DNA of 64,000 bases. It comes from Carpediemonas membranifera BICM (Eukaryota > Protista > Fornicata). Position numbers and translations under genes: made by a program. Below, in pieces: positions 40,410 to 53,321 of the stretch. Every line of letters starts with the position of its first letter. The first letter of the stretch is position 1. The stretch is taken from assembly GCA_019828565.1 (NCBI GenBank), contig JAHDYR010000053.1:842272-906271 (forward strand), given 5' to 3'. The notes beneath the pieces were generated by a model. The model saw only the letters and a list, made by a program, of their open reading frames with translations. It was not told the origin of the DNA and did not search any database.

Positions 40410-42032
40410 GCAGCGCCCACACAGCACCCCTACGCCAGCGCCACGACGCCACCCTCAGCGCCACGCCAGCCCCGCATCACCGGCGCCCTCAACAGCAAGT
40501 TCCATCATCCACATCACTCCCTAACAACATCAACGACTCGCCTACCACCGACAGCGATGGCGAAGTCTGCGTTGATGTCGCCAGTGCCAACCCAGCTGGC
40601 ATACGCGTCGCAATGAATGTAAATGTTTACGTGTTCTCTTCGTCCCTTCTATCGTCCAGGATCTGCTGTCAGACGTCCATGAGCGATCATCCCTTATCCT
40701 GCGGAGCAGCCCAACATCAGCTCAAGCGGTTCTGAGCATGCGTACAATGCTTCTGGGGCATGCAGAGTGATCATGTAGGAGCTTTATCACGATTCCAGGC
40801 TAGTTAGTGAGGGAATTCGTCTGCAGTTCCCGGCAAATCTCATTATCTCCATTATTGCTGCAGTATTCAAAGTAAACGCGAACAACACGATCTATCTCCA
40901 TTCATTGGCGCCTCGAGGAGCGCTTCAGTCCCTCTAGAGCGTGCTTCAGCAGCATTTCGATCGAGATTAAAAATCACCCGAATTCTAGCTCTGTTCTGTG
41001 GCCGCTGCAGGCACCGCTGGGCGCGATAGAGCTCGGAGCGGCGTTGTCTGCCAAAAATACCTATTTGCTCCCGGTGAAAATTGAACCCACGATCAGGGGG
41101 CTGTGTACAAAGCCTCTTCCCTCTATGCCACGACTTATGGGAAATCCGCCCTTATTAATCTCCCTACAGGGAATATAGGCCATTTTGGAGGTATGAGCGA
41201 CCGGGAGGGGGGGAATGGGGGACATTTATGGTATGGCTGGACTCTACTCGGGCAGACTTTATGATAAGGCTCAGATCAGACCTCTACGACAGCTATACGA
41301 GGAGAAACGAGCCAAGCAGCGCGCTAGCGGCCCATGGCCGCAGCAGCGCCCAGCAAAGCTCAGCTATAGGGTCACCTGAGGCCCCAAATGGCGTGCTGAT
41401 CAGGTCGACTCCCATCTATTGACTTGGTAATTGCAGAGGGCGTCTGAACGCGATGTCCTAATAACCGACTTGGTCGGAGCGGTTCGGCGATGACTCCGTT
41501 GTATTCCACACCTTCTTCTGATGCCGAAACATGCAGTCCTTTAGAGTCAACGCGCGTCCTGTCCGTCAGGCATGAAGGGCATTCAGCAGAGGCATTGCTG
41601 CGGTCTGCAGGCTGCCCTAGCGCTTCAGGATGGCCAACTGCATGATCTGGACCCATGTCTATCAAATCCATTTTGATCACATCAAACGTGTGTCAAATCC
41701 GGCAAATCGATTTTGCGATAAAAAAAGGGGCAGAAGGGAGGAAGCGACCCATACGGCGTACTTATGGACCATTTCCTCCCACCTGCCCGTTTTTTGAGTC
41801 TCAACTCTCAATTCCAATTTGTCCCTATGTTACTTTTTTCTAGCAGGATTTAAAGTTTGATACTGCGCATGCGTATTGCTTAGGAATAGCCAAGTACTAC
41901 CATACCACTTTGAAGATCCAGCTCCGGCTCATCGTCGAGTTCATTTTTTCTTGCAAAATGACTTAAAGTCAAGTTTTGTCCTTGACTTTAAGTCACAAAA
42001 ACTTGACTTGAAGTCAAGGAATTGACAGTATG

Positions 42033-43314
42033 ATGCGGTGCAACAGTCGAGGCAGATGATCACGCCACGTGGATCTCCGAGGTTCACGGAGGCATACACG
42101 GCCATCTCGGAGCGAGAGCGACGGTGAACAAGCTTATATCGCTCGGTAGGAGGTGGAGGGGCATGTATAAGGACGCAGAGGAGTTTGTCCAGTCGTGTCC
42201 TGTGTGCCAGGTCACGCGCAAGACGGCCAAGCCCGTCCAACACTTGTGCCACCGTACGGCAGGTCGCCTGCCGTTTGATGTCGTGCAGGTAGACACGATC
42301 GGACCCATCGCGGAGAGCGAGGGTCTGCGGTACGTGTGCGTGTTAATTGACACGTACTCGAAGCTAACTATGCTGGTCCCCACGCGTTCGACGGACGCAG
42401 ATGCCGCGGCAGGGGCAATTTTGGCCTGGGTGGGTCACTACGGAATTCCCCGGGTGATTCACAGCGACGGGGGCAGCCAGTATAGAAATAAGCTGATTGA
42501 CGCTCTAATGGAAAGGCTCGGGTCGCAACATCACGTCGGCACGCCTTACCGCCCGGGTTCTCAAGGAATAGTTGAGAGGGTCAACGCCGAGGTTAAGAGG
42601 CATCTAGAGACGCTAATGCTCGATCTGCAGGAGTTTAGATGGACGCGGCTACTACCTTTGGCTCAGTACATCATTAATTCAACATCTGTGGCCAGGACAG
42701 GCCTATCGCCACTGAATTTGCTTTATAACCAAGACGTGGTCGTAAGACCAGAAGAGATCATGAGCAATGAGAGCAAGATGCCATTTGAGGCCTTCAAGCG
42801 CAGCCTGGAACTACAGAGAGTCATCCAAGACCAGGCGCTGCAACAACAAACACCATCAGAAGCATCACACGTGGCCCTATCGAACAAGCCAGTGCTGGTA
42901 ACGACCACTGTCGGCCGCCGCACGAAGCTGGCTGGGCCAATGTGGTGCCAGGGACCCGCAGAGTCGCCGAACGTTTACTACGTGGAGAACCTGACGACAG
43001 GCGTAGTGGCTAAGGTCCATGCCGAGCGTCTAAGACATTTTGAGTCTGACGCGACAAGGGCTGAGTTGACACGGCTCGCGGCCCAGAGAGTTGACGAATA
43101 TGTCGTAGAAGCGATCGACTCTCACAAATTTGAGGACGGCGTCCTTCACCTACATGTGCTGTGGGAGGGGTACCTCGAGGAAGAGGCGACATGGGAACGC
43201 TTCAACGCCGACCTTGATGAACTTAGGGCGTTTGAGGAGTACCTCGCAGACAAACCGAGTTTGCGCAGAAAACTCCGAGGTCAAAGGAAATTAGCTTCCT
43301 ATAGGCAGCGCTAA
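42033..43314 (+). CDS. Element D gag-pol, 3' part: integrase and chromodomain
   Basis: HGGIHGH...CPVC, QVDTIGP, HSDGGSQY, GIVERVN, EYVVEAIDSH...VLWEGY. Confidence 0.93.
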
Positions 43315-44571
43315 TAACCAACGGCTCATCAAAAAGCCATTTTGGGGTTTTGCCCAGTTGGTGACCGCAGCCTAGGGGGGAAGAGCAGAACGTTGGAATC
43401 TAGTTACTGATATTGGTTATTTCTTATGTTCTACACCATTCTGTCCGCTATTTGTTCGTTTAGAACAGCGTTCTTCAGACTATTGTGCTCAATTGCGTTT
43501 TTGACTTCACTGGAGTCGGTCTGGCGGGTTTTGCATTTCGCCGGACTTGAACCGTTAGAATTTTTGCTGACGGTTGGGAGGCACGTTTGAGCTTGTGGAC
43601 GGTTTGGGATCATGGGGGGAAGTGTCATGACGACCTCATTTAATGATCAGTCTTATTTGGTCAATGATCTCAAACCTGCTTCTAAATTTCACTCTCTCAA
43701 TTGTTTGGGTACCACATACGCCTAAAGAGCTCCAACGAGACTGTATCGTCACTCAACTCGTCAAGAGTCGAGTCTTGCTCCTGGTCGCGATGATTACACC
43801 AAGAGGACGTAACTTTTCAATGTTTGTTTCTCTTTTGGGGGATAATGTCGATGGGGCAATTTCTGCCGCCTGTGGCGCAGTTCGGGCCGAGTTGCAGAGA
43901 TTGCAGAGACGAGGCACAACTCAGCGGGCCCACATCGCCATCACCGCCGTGCGCCAGAGTTTGCATCGGCCCGCTCGGGATGGGGTCCATTACTTCGACC
44001 AAGTGGCCCCTGCCCGTCGCCTTCGCCGCCCGCGACAGGCTGACCGCCAGCCTGATGACGGACCAGCCGCAGCTGTGCAGCAACAGGGTTCCGGAAACAC
44101 TACACAGGGGGACGGCGAGGAGGATGGTATGGCATTTGGCGACACCGACGATGACAATATCGGAGGGTATGTGGTACCCAAACAATTGAGAGAGTGAAAT
44201 TTAGAAGCAGGTTTGAGATCATTGACCAAATAAGACTGATCATTAAATGAGGTCGTCATGACACTTCCCCCCATGATCCCAAACCGTCCACAAGCTCAAA
44301 CGTGCCTCCCAACCGTCAGCAAAAATTCTAACGGTTCAAGTCCGGCGAAATGCAAAACCCGCCAGACCGACTCCAGTGAAGTCAAAAACGCAATTGAGCA
44401 CAATAGTCTGAAGAACGCTGTTCTAAACGAACAAATAGCGGACAGAATGGTGTAGAACATAAGAAATAACCAATATCAGTAACTAGATTCCAACGTTCTG
44501 CTCTTCCCCCCTAGGCTGCGGTCACCAACTGGGCAAAACCCCAAAATGGCTTTTTGATGAGCCGTTGGTTA

Positions 44572-45728
44572 TTAGCGCTGCCTATAGGAAGCTAATTTCC
44601 TTTGACCTCGGAGTTTTCTGCGCAAACTCGGTTTGTCTGCGAGGTACTCCTCAAACGCCCTAAGTTCATCAAGGTCGGCGTTGAAGCGTTCCCATGTCGC
44701 CTCTTCCTCGAGGTACCCCTCCCACAGCACATGTAGGTGAAGGACGCCGTCCTCAAATTTGTGAGAGTCGATCGCTTCTACGACATATTCGTCAACTCTC
44801 TGGGCCGCGAGCCGTGTCAACTCAGCCCTTGTCGCGTCAGACTCAAAATGTCTTAGACGCTCGGCATGGACCTTAGCCACTACGCCTGTCGTCAGGTTCT
44901 CCACGTAGTAAACGTTCGGCGACTCTGCGGGTCCCTGGCACCACATTGGCCCAGCCAGCTTCGTGCGGCGGCCGACAGTGGTCGTTACCAGCACTGGCTT
45001 GTTCGATAGGGCCACGTGTGATGCTTCTGATGGTGTTTGTTGTTGCAGCGCCTGGTCTTGGATGACTCTCTGTAGTTCCAGGCTGCGCTTGAAGGCCTCA
45101 AATGGCATCTTGCTCTCATTGCTCATGATCTCTTCTGGTCTTACGACCACGTCTTGGTTATAAAGCAAATTCAGTGGCGATAGGCCTGTCCTGGCCACAG
45201 ATGTTGAATTAATGATGTACTGAGCCAAAGGTAGTAGCCGCGTCCATCTAAACTCCTGCAGATCGAGCATAGCGTCTCTAGATGCCTCTTAACCTCGGCG
45301 TTGACCCTCTCAACTATTCCTTGAGAACCCGGGCGGTAAGGCGTGCCGACGTGATGTTGCGACCCGAGCCTTTCCATTAGAGCGTCAATCAGCTTATTTC
45401 TATACTGGCTGCCCCCGTCGCTGTGAATCACCCGGGGAATTCCGTAGTGACCCACCCAGGCCAAAATTGCCCCTGCCGCGGCATCTGCGTCCGTCGAACG
45501 CGTGGGGACCAGCATAGTTAGCTTCGAGTACGTGTCAATTAACACGCACACGTACCGCAGACCCTCGCTCTCCGCGATGGGTCCGATCGTGTCTACCTGC
45601 ACGACATCAAACGGCAGGCGACCTGCCGTACGGTGGCACAAGTGTTGGACGGGCTTGGCCGTCTTGCGCGTGACCTGGCACACAGGACACGACTGGACAA
45701 ACTCCTCTGCGTCCTTATACATGCCCCT
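44572..45728 (-). CDS. Element F integrase and chromodomain (1-bp frameshift near 45270)
   Basis: Same protein as 42033-43314. Confidence 0.88.
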
Positions 45729-48700
45729 TGTGCCGTGCTAGGGCCCAGAAATATGATAAAGACTGTTTTACGAATTCCGCAGGTTAAGGGCACACTTCCC
45801 TCCCAATGCGTGTCGCACGACTAACGGCGACCGCTCCTGCGGAACTTCTTCTTAGCACTCTCAAACATCGGCTTGAGACCAGGATTGAGCTCGAGATAAC
45901 TGTCGATAGCCTCGAGCTGGTCGTAGTAGCGATTATAGGGGATGTATGAGTCCTCGTCGGGGGTGAGGCCTTCCCAACGGATCAGTAGCTCCAGAGAGCC
46001 GTTCTTCTTCTTACGGTGGCCTACGACTGCCTCCACGGGTTGTTCATCTTGCTCGTAGGCGGCAATTTCCTCGAGCTCCTTCTCCGTGAGGCCGTCGGCG
46101 TGGAATGTGACGAGTCGGTCTGCGTGGACTGTGGCGACGCACTTCGACACGAGATCCATCACCTTGTAGGTGTTGGGGTGATCGCCCTTCCCCTCCATGC
46201 GGAGCGGTCCGCGCAGAGGCGGGAGTAGCTTGGTCGGCGGCTTGCCCGGGTATCTCAGCAGGACGTAGGTTTCGTTCTCCCAGGCCCGTGTGCTGTCCGA
46301 GGAGCCTGCAGCCTTGTTTACCTCGTAGGCTTTGACCTTGATCGCGGCAAGTTGTTGGAGCGACGTGACGTGGGCCTGGAAGCGGACGATGTCGTCGGCT
46401 TCGACTGAGCCCGGCTCGAGCATCTGGGTTGCGTTGGTCAGGGCGTCGGGCGCGACGCGCAGCATGGTTGACTTGCGTCCGAACAATAGTTCGAAGGGGC
46501 TGAGGCCTGTGGTGGAGTGGCGGGTGGCGTTGATAACGTGCTGGGCGATGGGCAGGTATGCGGGCCAGTTGTCGTCGCGGGCGTCCAGCAGGAGCGCTCT
46601 TAAGCGTCTCATGACGGTACCATTCAGGCGTTCGACTACGCCGTTGCTGGCCGGATGATATGCCGTACTGAACCGGTGCTTGAGGCTCAGTCGCTCGTTC
46701 ATCTCCTCGACTAGGGCATTCCTGAACTGTGTACCTTGGTCAGACTGGAGCTCGGCCGGGACGCCGAAAGTCGCCCAGATCTCCAGCAATGCGGCTGCTG
46801 CCTCGGCTGCGCTCGTTGACCGTGTGGGCTTCAATATGGTGAACTTCGAGAACACGTCCACCACCGTGATGACGTACTTGAGACCGTCTCTCTCGGGCAA
46901 AGGGCCAATGGTGTCCACCTGCACCGTCTCGAATGGGCGGATGCGCTGAGTAGAGTGCCACTTGATCGGCTCCTTGCGGGCTGGCTTTGTCTTGCGACAG
47001 ATTGGACACTGGCGTAAGGTCGCGCGGACGTCATCCGACATGCCTGGCCACGTGACACCGGACTGCTTCAGATTGGCGATGGTCTGGTCTGGGCCGACGT
47101 GGCCCTGTGCACCGGCGTGCGCCCTGGTGATCTGCTCTTGGCGCGTCGTGGTGACGTGGTCGATCGAGCGGCGCACCTCGTTCTTGCGCTGAGATGATGG
47201 CCGCGACAGTGCGTCGGCTACGAGGTTCTGCGCTCCAGCTATGTGTGTGACGTTATACGGATACTCTGTCATGGTGAGTCGCCATCGTGTCAGTTTCTTA
47301 GTGCCGTCCTCGTCTGTCTTCCTGAGTAGCCATATCAGATTACGATGGTCCGTGCGAAGCTCGAACGGCTTCAGCTTGAAGAGGGGGGAAAACTCTGGTC
47401 GCGTTACACAATAGACAATGGCGAAAAGCTCCTGTTCCACCGTGGACCACCGTTGCTGGGTCTCGTCGAGGGTCTTGCTGTAGAAGGCGAGTGGGACCTT
47501 CTCGTCACCCTCGCCCTGCCACAGTACACCACCGATGGCGGTCGACGATGCGTCGGTCTCGAGAGTCCACTTTGCACTCAGGTCTGGGAGCGCGAGGGCG
47601 GTGTGCTCGGCTACTAGGGTCTTCATACGGGCGAATGCTTCGTCCTCAGTGGCAGTCCAATCGAGGGGGGCCGACTTCTGCGGCGATCCCTTTAGGAGGG
47701 CGTTGAGCGGGGCTGATGCGTGGGCGAGGTGTGGGATATAGTTTGACAGATAGTTGAACTTGCCTAGCGTGCGGCGCAGCTCCGTTGTCGTCGTTGGGGG
47801 TGTGAGGTCCTGGATGGCTGCGATACGTGAGGGGAAACCGACCTGCCAGACTCGTTGACTATAAACCCACAGACTTCAACCTCCTTCATGCCAATGGCAC
47901 ACTTGTCGGCGCGGAGTTTGATATCGTAAGCTTCCAACTGGTCGAAGATCTGGGTGAGGGTCGACTTGAAATCCTGAATGGAGCGGGCGTACGCAAAGAT
48001 ATCGTCGATATAGGCTCTCGAACCGTCGATACCAGCGAGCATCTCGTCCATGGCTCGCTGGAACTTTGCTGGGGCGTTCTTCAGCCCGAATGGTGTACGT
48101 AAGAACTCGTAATGCCCGCCCGGGACGGTGAATGCGGTGAGCGGGATGCTATCGGTTGCCATGTTCTGCTGCCAGTATCCGCTGCGCAGGTCGAGCGCCG
48201 CGAACACGGAGCATCCGCTCGCCTCGTGTACAAACGATCGGATGTCCGGCGTGGGGTACAGGTCGTCGATGGTGGCGTTGTTCAAGACGTTGTAAGCGAT
48301 GCAGAAGCGGTCTTCGCCGCTCTTCTTCTTTGCCATGACGTGCGGGCTAGAGTGCGGACTTTGACTCTCTCGGATCACGCCCTGGTTGAGCATCTTGTCG
48401 ATCTCCGCGAGGGCTGAGTTTCCCGGGTCACCCTTCAACGGCCTGGGTCGGGCCCTGGGTGTAGGGCGGCTTGGATCGACGACGATCTCGTGTGGCGGCA
48501 TCCTGCTGCCATCCGGAGGTAGAGGGCCAAACACGGCCTTGCGCTCGCGAAGGAAGTCGGTCAGCCAGGCAGCCAGCTCCGGGTTCTCTTCGGTCGGCAG
48601 CTTAACCTTGCGCCACTCTTCCTCGGGGTCGACTTCTTCTGTTGTCGAGTCGAGGTAGGGGTGCTGTCCCAGGCCGTCGTCGTCATCGATCGGGTCAGCG

Positions 48701-50647
48701 GACGGTATTAGTAGCCGGTCGTTCAGCAGGAAGCCGAGGCGGCGGAGCAAATCGCGTCCAATGAGGACCTTCTTCCTCTGGCCCTTCGTGACCATGAGCA
48801 ACGCAGTGGTGGTCACGGTCTTTCCGTCGACACTGGGGAGGGTCAGCGAGACCTTGGCGGCTTTGCCAGTGGAGATGATATCGTCCCCAGCGCCGAGAAG
48901 TTCGACTGAGGTCGGTATCAGGGTCACGTCGGGGATCGCTGCGAGGGCAGGGGCTGATATGACCGACGTGCAAGCGCCGATGTCGAACTTGACGTTCATG
49001 TGCTGGCCGTTGATAACAGCCGGGACCTTCACCGGGTCCTTGTCGAGTATGATGTCCTCGATCTCGTAGACTTCGTTCTCCAACTCCGAATGAGACGCTT
49101 CATCCGCGTCAAACACCTCATCGACGCGGCGGGGGTTCTTCAGGGTAGACGAGGGGCGGAGGTCCATGCGGCCGGCCCGGCGATCCGACTGTTGGTGACT
49201 GGTGGGCGCCACAGGGCGTGCGCGGTTGCCGGGCTGCTTTTGCCGCTCTTCGGGTCTGCGTTCCTGACGCTTCTCGGTCTGTGGCTGGCGTTCTTGGGCC
49301 TTGTAAGCCTCCCGTCTGATGAGGAACCTGCAGTCCTTCGTCTCGTGGTGCGGGTTCCAGCCATGCTGTGTGCAGTATCTCGTGTGGGAAGGAGGCATGC
49401 GGAACTTGGTCTTGTCCCTGAACTGCTGGAACGGATCGCGACCATCGAGCCTGCGAGCGAGCGGCTTCCTGCCTGAAGTGCCCGACGCCTGCTCGTTGTT
49501 GTCGGCTTGTGGGCTGGCGAGTCTGAAGGCACGCCATGGGATAATGATGTTCTCGTCGTGATCAACATCCAAGTCGCGTAGTTTGTCGAGAAGTTCGCTG
49601 ATCTTGTCGGAGTAGTCCTCAATCTCTTCTTCGTATACATCCTCGGCTTCTTTGGAGAAACCTCTAGTGGCGAAGTCCCGAATGATCCGCTCGAGCAGTT
49701 TTTGCGGAGATGGTGGGGACGTCCTTGATGTCTGGGTTGAGGGCGCTTATGAGCTTACGTGCCTTCTCGACGGCCGTTCGGTGCCGGGGCTCCGGACCGT
49801 ATAGCGTGATGTTGTCGAGCTTTGCCTTGAGGAGCTTGGCTCTTGCGCCCGGGTCCGTACTAGTCAAGAGGGTATATGCGAGGTAGGGGGCGATGGAGGT
49901 CGCCTCCTTGGCGAGGAAAGCGTAGACGTCCCCGCCATCGAAGACTGGCCAAGCCGCCGAGGAGGGGGCGGGCTTGGTCTCCTCGGGCACTGGGGGCATG
50001 TACACGAACGCCACCGAGACGTCTTCGCCGTCCGGGCCGGTCAGGTTGCCAGGCCGTGCGACTGTCTCGACGTTTGCGATGTCGTGGTCGTCGGTCAGCT
50101 GGGTGAAGAAGTCGCGGGCCTTCTTGCCGCAGTCAGTCAGTATCTGGGGATGTTGAGCTTCAAGGCACTCCCGGGTCATTGCTGTCAGGGTGGGGTCCTT
50201 GTGCTTAGCTGCACACTCGCTACAGGCGGCGAACGTGGCTTTTCTTATGGTCTTCTGTACCTCCTCTACCCAGATGGCGGTGAGGTTGTCGGTCTTCGTT
50301 GTACGGGCTCGTGCCGCAGTACTGGCAGAGCTTGTGTTCGCCGCGCGGCGAGCATCGGAATCGGACAGAACGGTTCGTTGTAGGTCCTCGAAAGTGTCAA
50401 AAAGAGTGGTTGGGCGCCACTGGGCGCGAAGTTTTTCTGTTGTCTCGGGGGACAATGCCCTAAAGAACGAAATTGGATTCTTCTCGTGGGGCATCGCCGA
50501 GAGGTACTCCTGGAGTGCTCTCTCGACGGCGAACGGGGTGTCAATTGTAAGAGTCTTCATTTGAATCGGCAGTATCGATACTGTGCCGTGCTAGGGCCCA
50601 GAAATATGATAAAGACTGTTTTACGAATTCCGCAGGTTAAGGGCACA
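45729..50647 (-). mobile_element. LTR element E: 4919-bp Gypsy/chromovirus-like retrotransposon with 66-bp LTRs
   Basis: Identical LTRs 45729-45794 and 50582-50647; 4-bp TSD CCCT; PPT GGGAGGGAAG. Confidence 0.96.
45821..50560 (-). CDS. Element E gag-pol (split into three ORFs by frameshifts): Gag, PR, RT, RNase H, IN, chromodomain
   Basis: CTQHGWNPHHETKDC, FDIGA, LDLRSGYWQ, YIDD, ETDAS, CPIC, QVDTIGP/SDQG/VVERLN, VEAVVGHR...IRWEG. Confidence 0.9.
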
Positions 50648-53321
50648 CCCTCCACCTCCTACCGAGCGATATAAGCTTGTTCACCGTCGCTCTCGCTCCG
50701 AGATGGCCGTGTATGCCTCCGTGAACCTCGGAGATCCACGTGGCGTGATCATCTGCCTCGACTGTTGCACCGCATAGGCGAGATAGCGCGTCGGCAGCAC
50801 CGTTCGCTTGACCAGGCACGTGTACGACGGAATAGTCGAACCTTTCCAGTGCCATGCGCCATCTAGTTACCTTAGCGTTCGTGCTTGTCGCGATATACAG
50901 CAAATTCCGGTGGTCCGTTCTCACAGTAAACGGCCTGCCTACTAGGAACCGCTCGGCCTTGATCATAGCGTAATAAATGCCGAAGCCTTCCTTTTCATAG
51001 GTGCTCCACCTTCTTTGAACATCCGATAGTGTCTTGGAATAGAAAGCAATCGGACGCTCCTCCCCGTCTTCGATCTGTAACAAAACTGCCCCGACAGCGT
51101 AGTCACTCGCGTCGGTTTGTAGGATTAATTGGCAGCCACGCTTGGGGTGACTTAACATGTTGTTCTGAGATAGGGTCGCTTTGATGTCGACTAGGGCATC
51201 TTGTTGGGCCTTCTCCCAACGGAACTCTTCCTTGGCTCTCGTCAGAGCCAGGACTGGCTCCATCATATTGCCGTAGTTCGGAATCATATGGCTAAAATAG
51301 TTCGTGAACCCGAGTAAGGTTCTGACTCCGGCAACATCTCTCGGGCTGGTTAGGCGGTCGATGCCTTCTAGGCGGTCAGGCGCGATTCGCTTGCCGTCGC
51401 CATTCACAAGCCAGCCCAAGTATTCTATTTCTGTCAGTCCGAACTCAGACTTGGACAGATTCAGCTTCAACTTGGCCGAGTTGAGCTTTCTCAAGACATA
51501 GTCCAGATTGTCGAGGTACTCTCTCTGGTTCTCTCCGAATATTACTATGTCGTCTACATATGCGAGACACCGTGTCCACAGTGCATCGCCTAGTACGGAT
51601 TCGAGGGTCTTCTGACAGAAGGCTGCGGCCCCTTTGAGTCCGAAAGCTAAACGCTTGTACTGGTACTTACGCTTCCCAACTGTAAACGCCGTTAGTCTGC
51701 GTGAGCTCTTGGTCATAGGAATCTGGTGAAAGGCCTTGCTTAGGTCCAGCTTAGCGAAGAGGGTCTTACCCTCTAGTCTTGCTACCAGATCGTCAATGAT
51801 AGGGAGGTCGTGATCGAAGTCCTCCGTCGCGTCGTTAAGGCGCCGAAAGTCCAAGCAGAGCCTGCGGGTGCGATCGCGCTTCCATACAAGCACCGTAGGA
51901 TTGTTATAGTTGCTCGTAGACTCCTCAATCACATTCAGATCCTCCAGCTGCGCCGTCTGGCGCTGCATATCCTCTCTTTCTTCAGCCGAGACGTGGTATG
52001 GAGGGATGTTGATAACCTTCTGGTTTGTAAGAACCAGTTCGAAGGGTGGAACGTCTGCTGGCTGCGAAATGTCGCCGAGAACGTCTTTGTACTTGCTTAG
52101 GATGGTATTAGTCTCTTCAGGGAAGCTACGTATCTGTAGTTCGTGCTCCGCTTCAGCAAGGGTAAATAACGTCTCGTCTACTTCATCTTCATCAAGCTCC
52201 GCGAAGTGTGGCTCTCCAGAATTCTCCATCGTCGGCTTGACGATCGTGATTAGCCCCAACGCACTTAATGTCGATATTCCCATAACTAATGTCGGCTTCA
52301 GCCCGGGTAGCACCCGCAAATTGAGAGCAGCTTGAGTTCTCCGCCCAGTAGATGGCAACACTCCAAAATCTGCACTCAACTTAACAATGCCGGGTGAGTT
52401 GTAAATCGTACCAGTGGCCAGCTTAACCTTAGCATGGTCGGGCTCGACGACTAGGCCGAGCTCTTTGACGAGGGATTGGGATATAAAGTCGGCAGAGGCC
52501 CCTGTGTCATAAAGGAACGCCAACACTCTCCCCAGGATGCCCACCTCGCCAATGGGTCTGTTGTCGCGGTCCTCCGCGACCAAAGCATTAAGATGAACGT
52601 ACTTCTGCCCCTTTACTCCCTCACGCTTACGCTTCCAACACGTATCAGCAGTGTGACCCTTGCGCTGGCAGTACTCACAAGCAGTTTCCGACTTCTCCTT
52701 AGCCTTAGTCATCGTTGCGGAGGTCGCACTCTCTCGCTCCACACGCTGGTGCTCTCTGCGAGCCTTCTCTGCTTCCGTGGCCTGGATGAATGCCTCGGCG
52801 ATCGTCTCGTCAAGCGTCTTCGCCTTCTTAGCATTCACTCGCTCCTTCAAGCGACCGTACCTGATGCCAGCAACAAAGGCATCGACGATGAGCTTCTCCG
52901 TGGGCCGAACCTTACAACAGTTACGAACTTGACGCTTATACGCCAGGGCATACGCGGCCATGTTGTCAATGAGGTTACCCTCAGAGCCGCACGACAAGTC
53001 CTTAAAGCGATCTAAAGCGTCCACCTCATCCAGAGGCTGCATCAGCTCGTCTACCATGGTGATAAAGGCCTCGTTGAGTTCAGAGGTATCGGCCGGCTCT
53101 TCATCCGGCGTTTCATTAGCGTACTCAAGGAACCCCTCAAGTTCAGGGATTCGGATCTTAAGAACCTCTAGGACCTGCGTTTCGATTAGGTCAAAGGCAA
53201 CGATCGGATCGGCTTCACGGGCAGCATACTGCTCGTAGTCTTGACGGAAAGTATACCACGACTTGGTGGTGGCCTTTCGCAGGAACGGGGCGTTGTTGAG
53301 TTTTGTTTCAGGTAAATGCAT
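50648..53321 (-). CDS. Element F gag-pol, 5' part
   Basis: Near-identical to 29950-32506 and continues through the uninterrupted RNase H/IN junction. Confidence 0.93.

Larger units (their letters stand above)
32507..42032. mobile_element. 9526-bp DNA element G with 74-bp terminal inverted repeats and a 2-bp AT duplication; no recognisable transposase
   Basis: TIRs 32507-32580 and 41959-42032 (one mismatch), starting CATACTGTCAATTCC. The empty site GCCTATGCGG is visible in the second copy of the host retroelement (near 50775). Confidence 0.93.
29845..43716 (+). mobile_element. LTR element D: Gypsy/chromovirus-like retrotransposon with 94-bp LTRs, interrupted by the TIR element
   Basis: Identical LTRs 29845-29938 and 43623-43716; TSD TACGC; PPT GGGGGGAAG. 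Confidence 0.96.
11316..43798 (-). mobile_element. LTR element A: internally deleted Gypsy/chromovirus-like element, outermost layer of the nest (own sequence 11316-12089, 29758-29844, 43722-43798)
   Basis: TSD CCAAG at 11311-11315 and 43799-43803; TG...CA ends; 67-bp 3' LTR 11316-11382 with PPT GGGGGAAG. The three pieces rejoin into one frame encoding the integrase C-terminus and chromodomain. Confidence 0.88.

Noticed and set aside
39058-40735. Long ORFs on both strands over the minisatellites; CRISPR-like appearance of the repeats
   Set aside because: The open frames result from stop-free repeat units; there are no unique spacers or cas genes and the context is eukaryotic.
14900-49660. 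Programmed ribosomal frameshifting to explain split ORFs in the LINE, B and E
   Set aside because: Several shifts lie inside conserved domains, go in both directions and sit at homopolymers; sister elements C and D use a single frame. Errors or decay are more likely.
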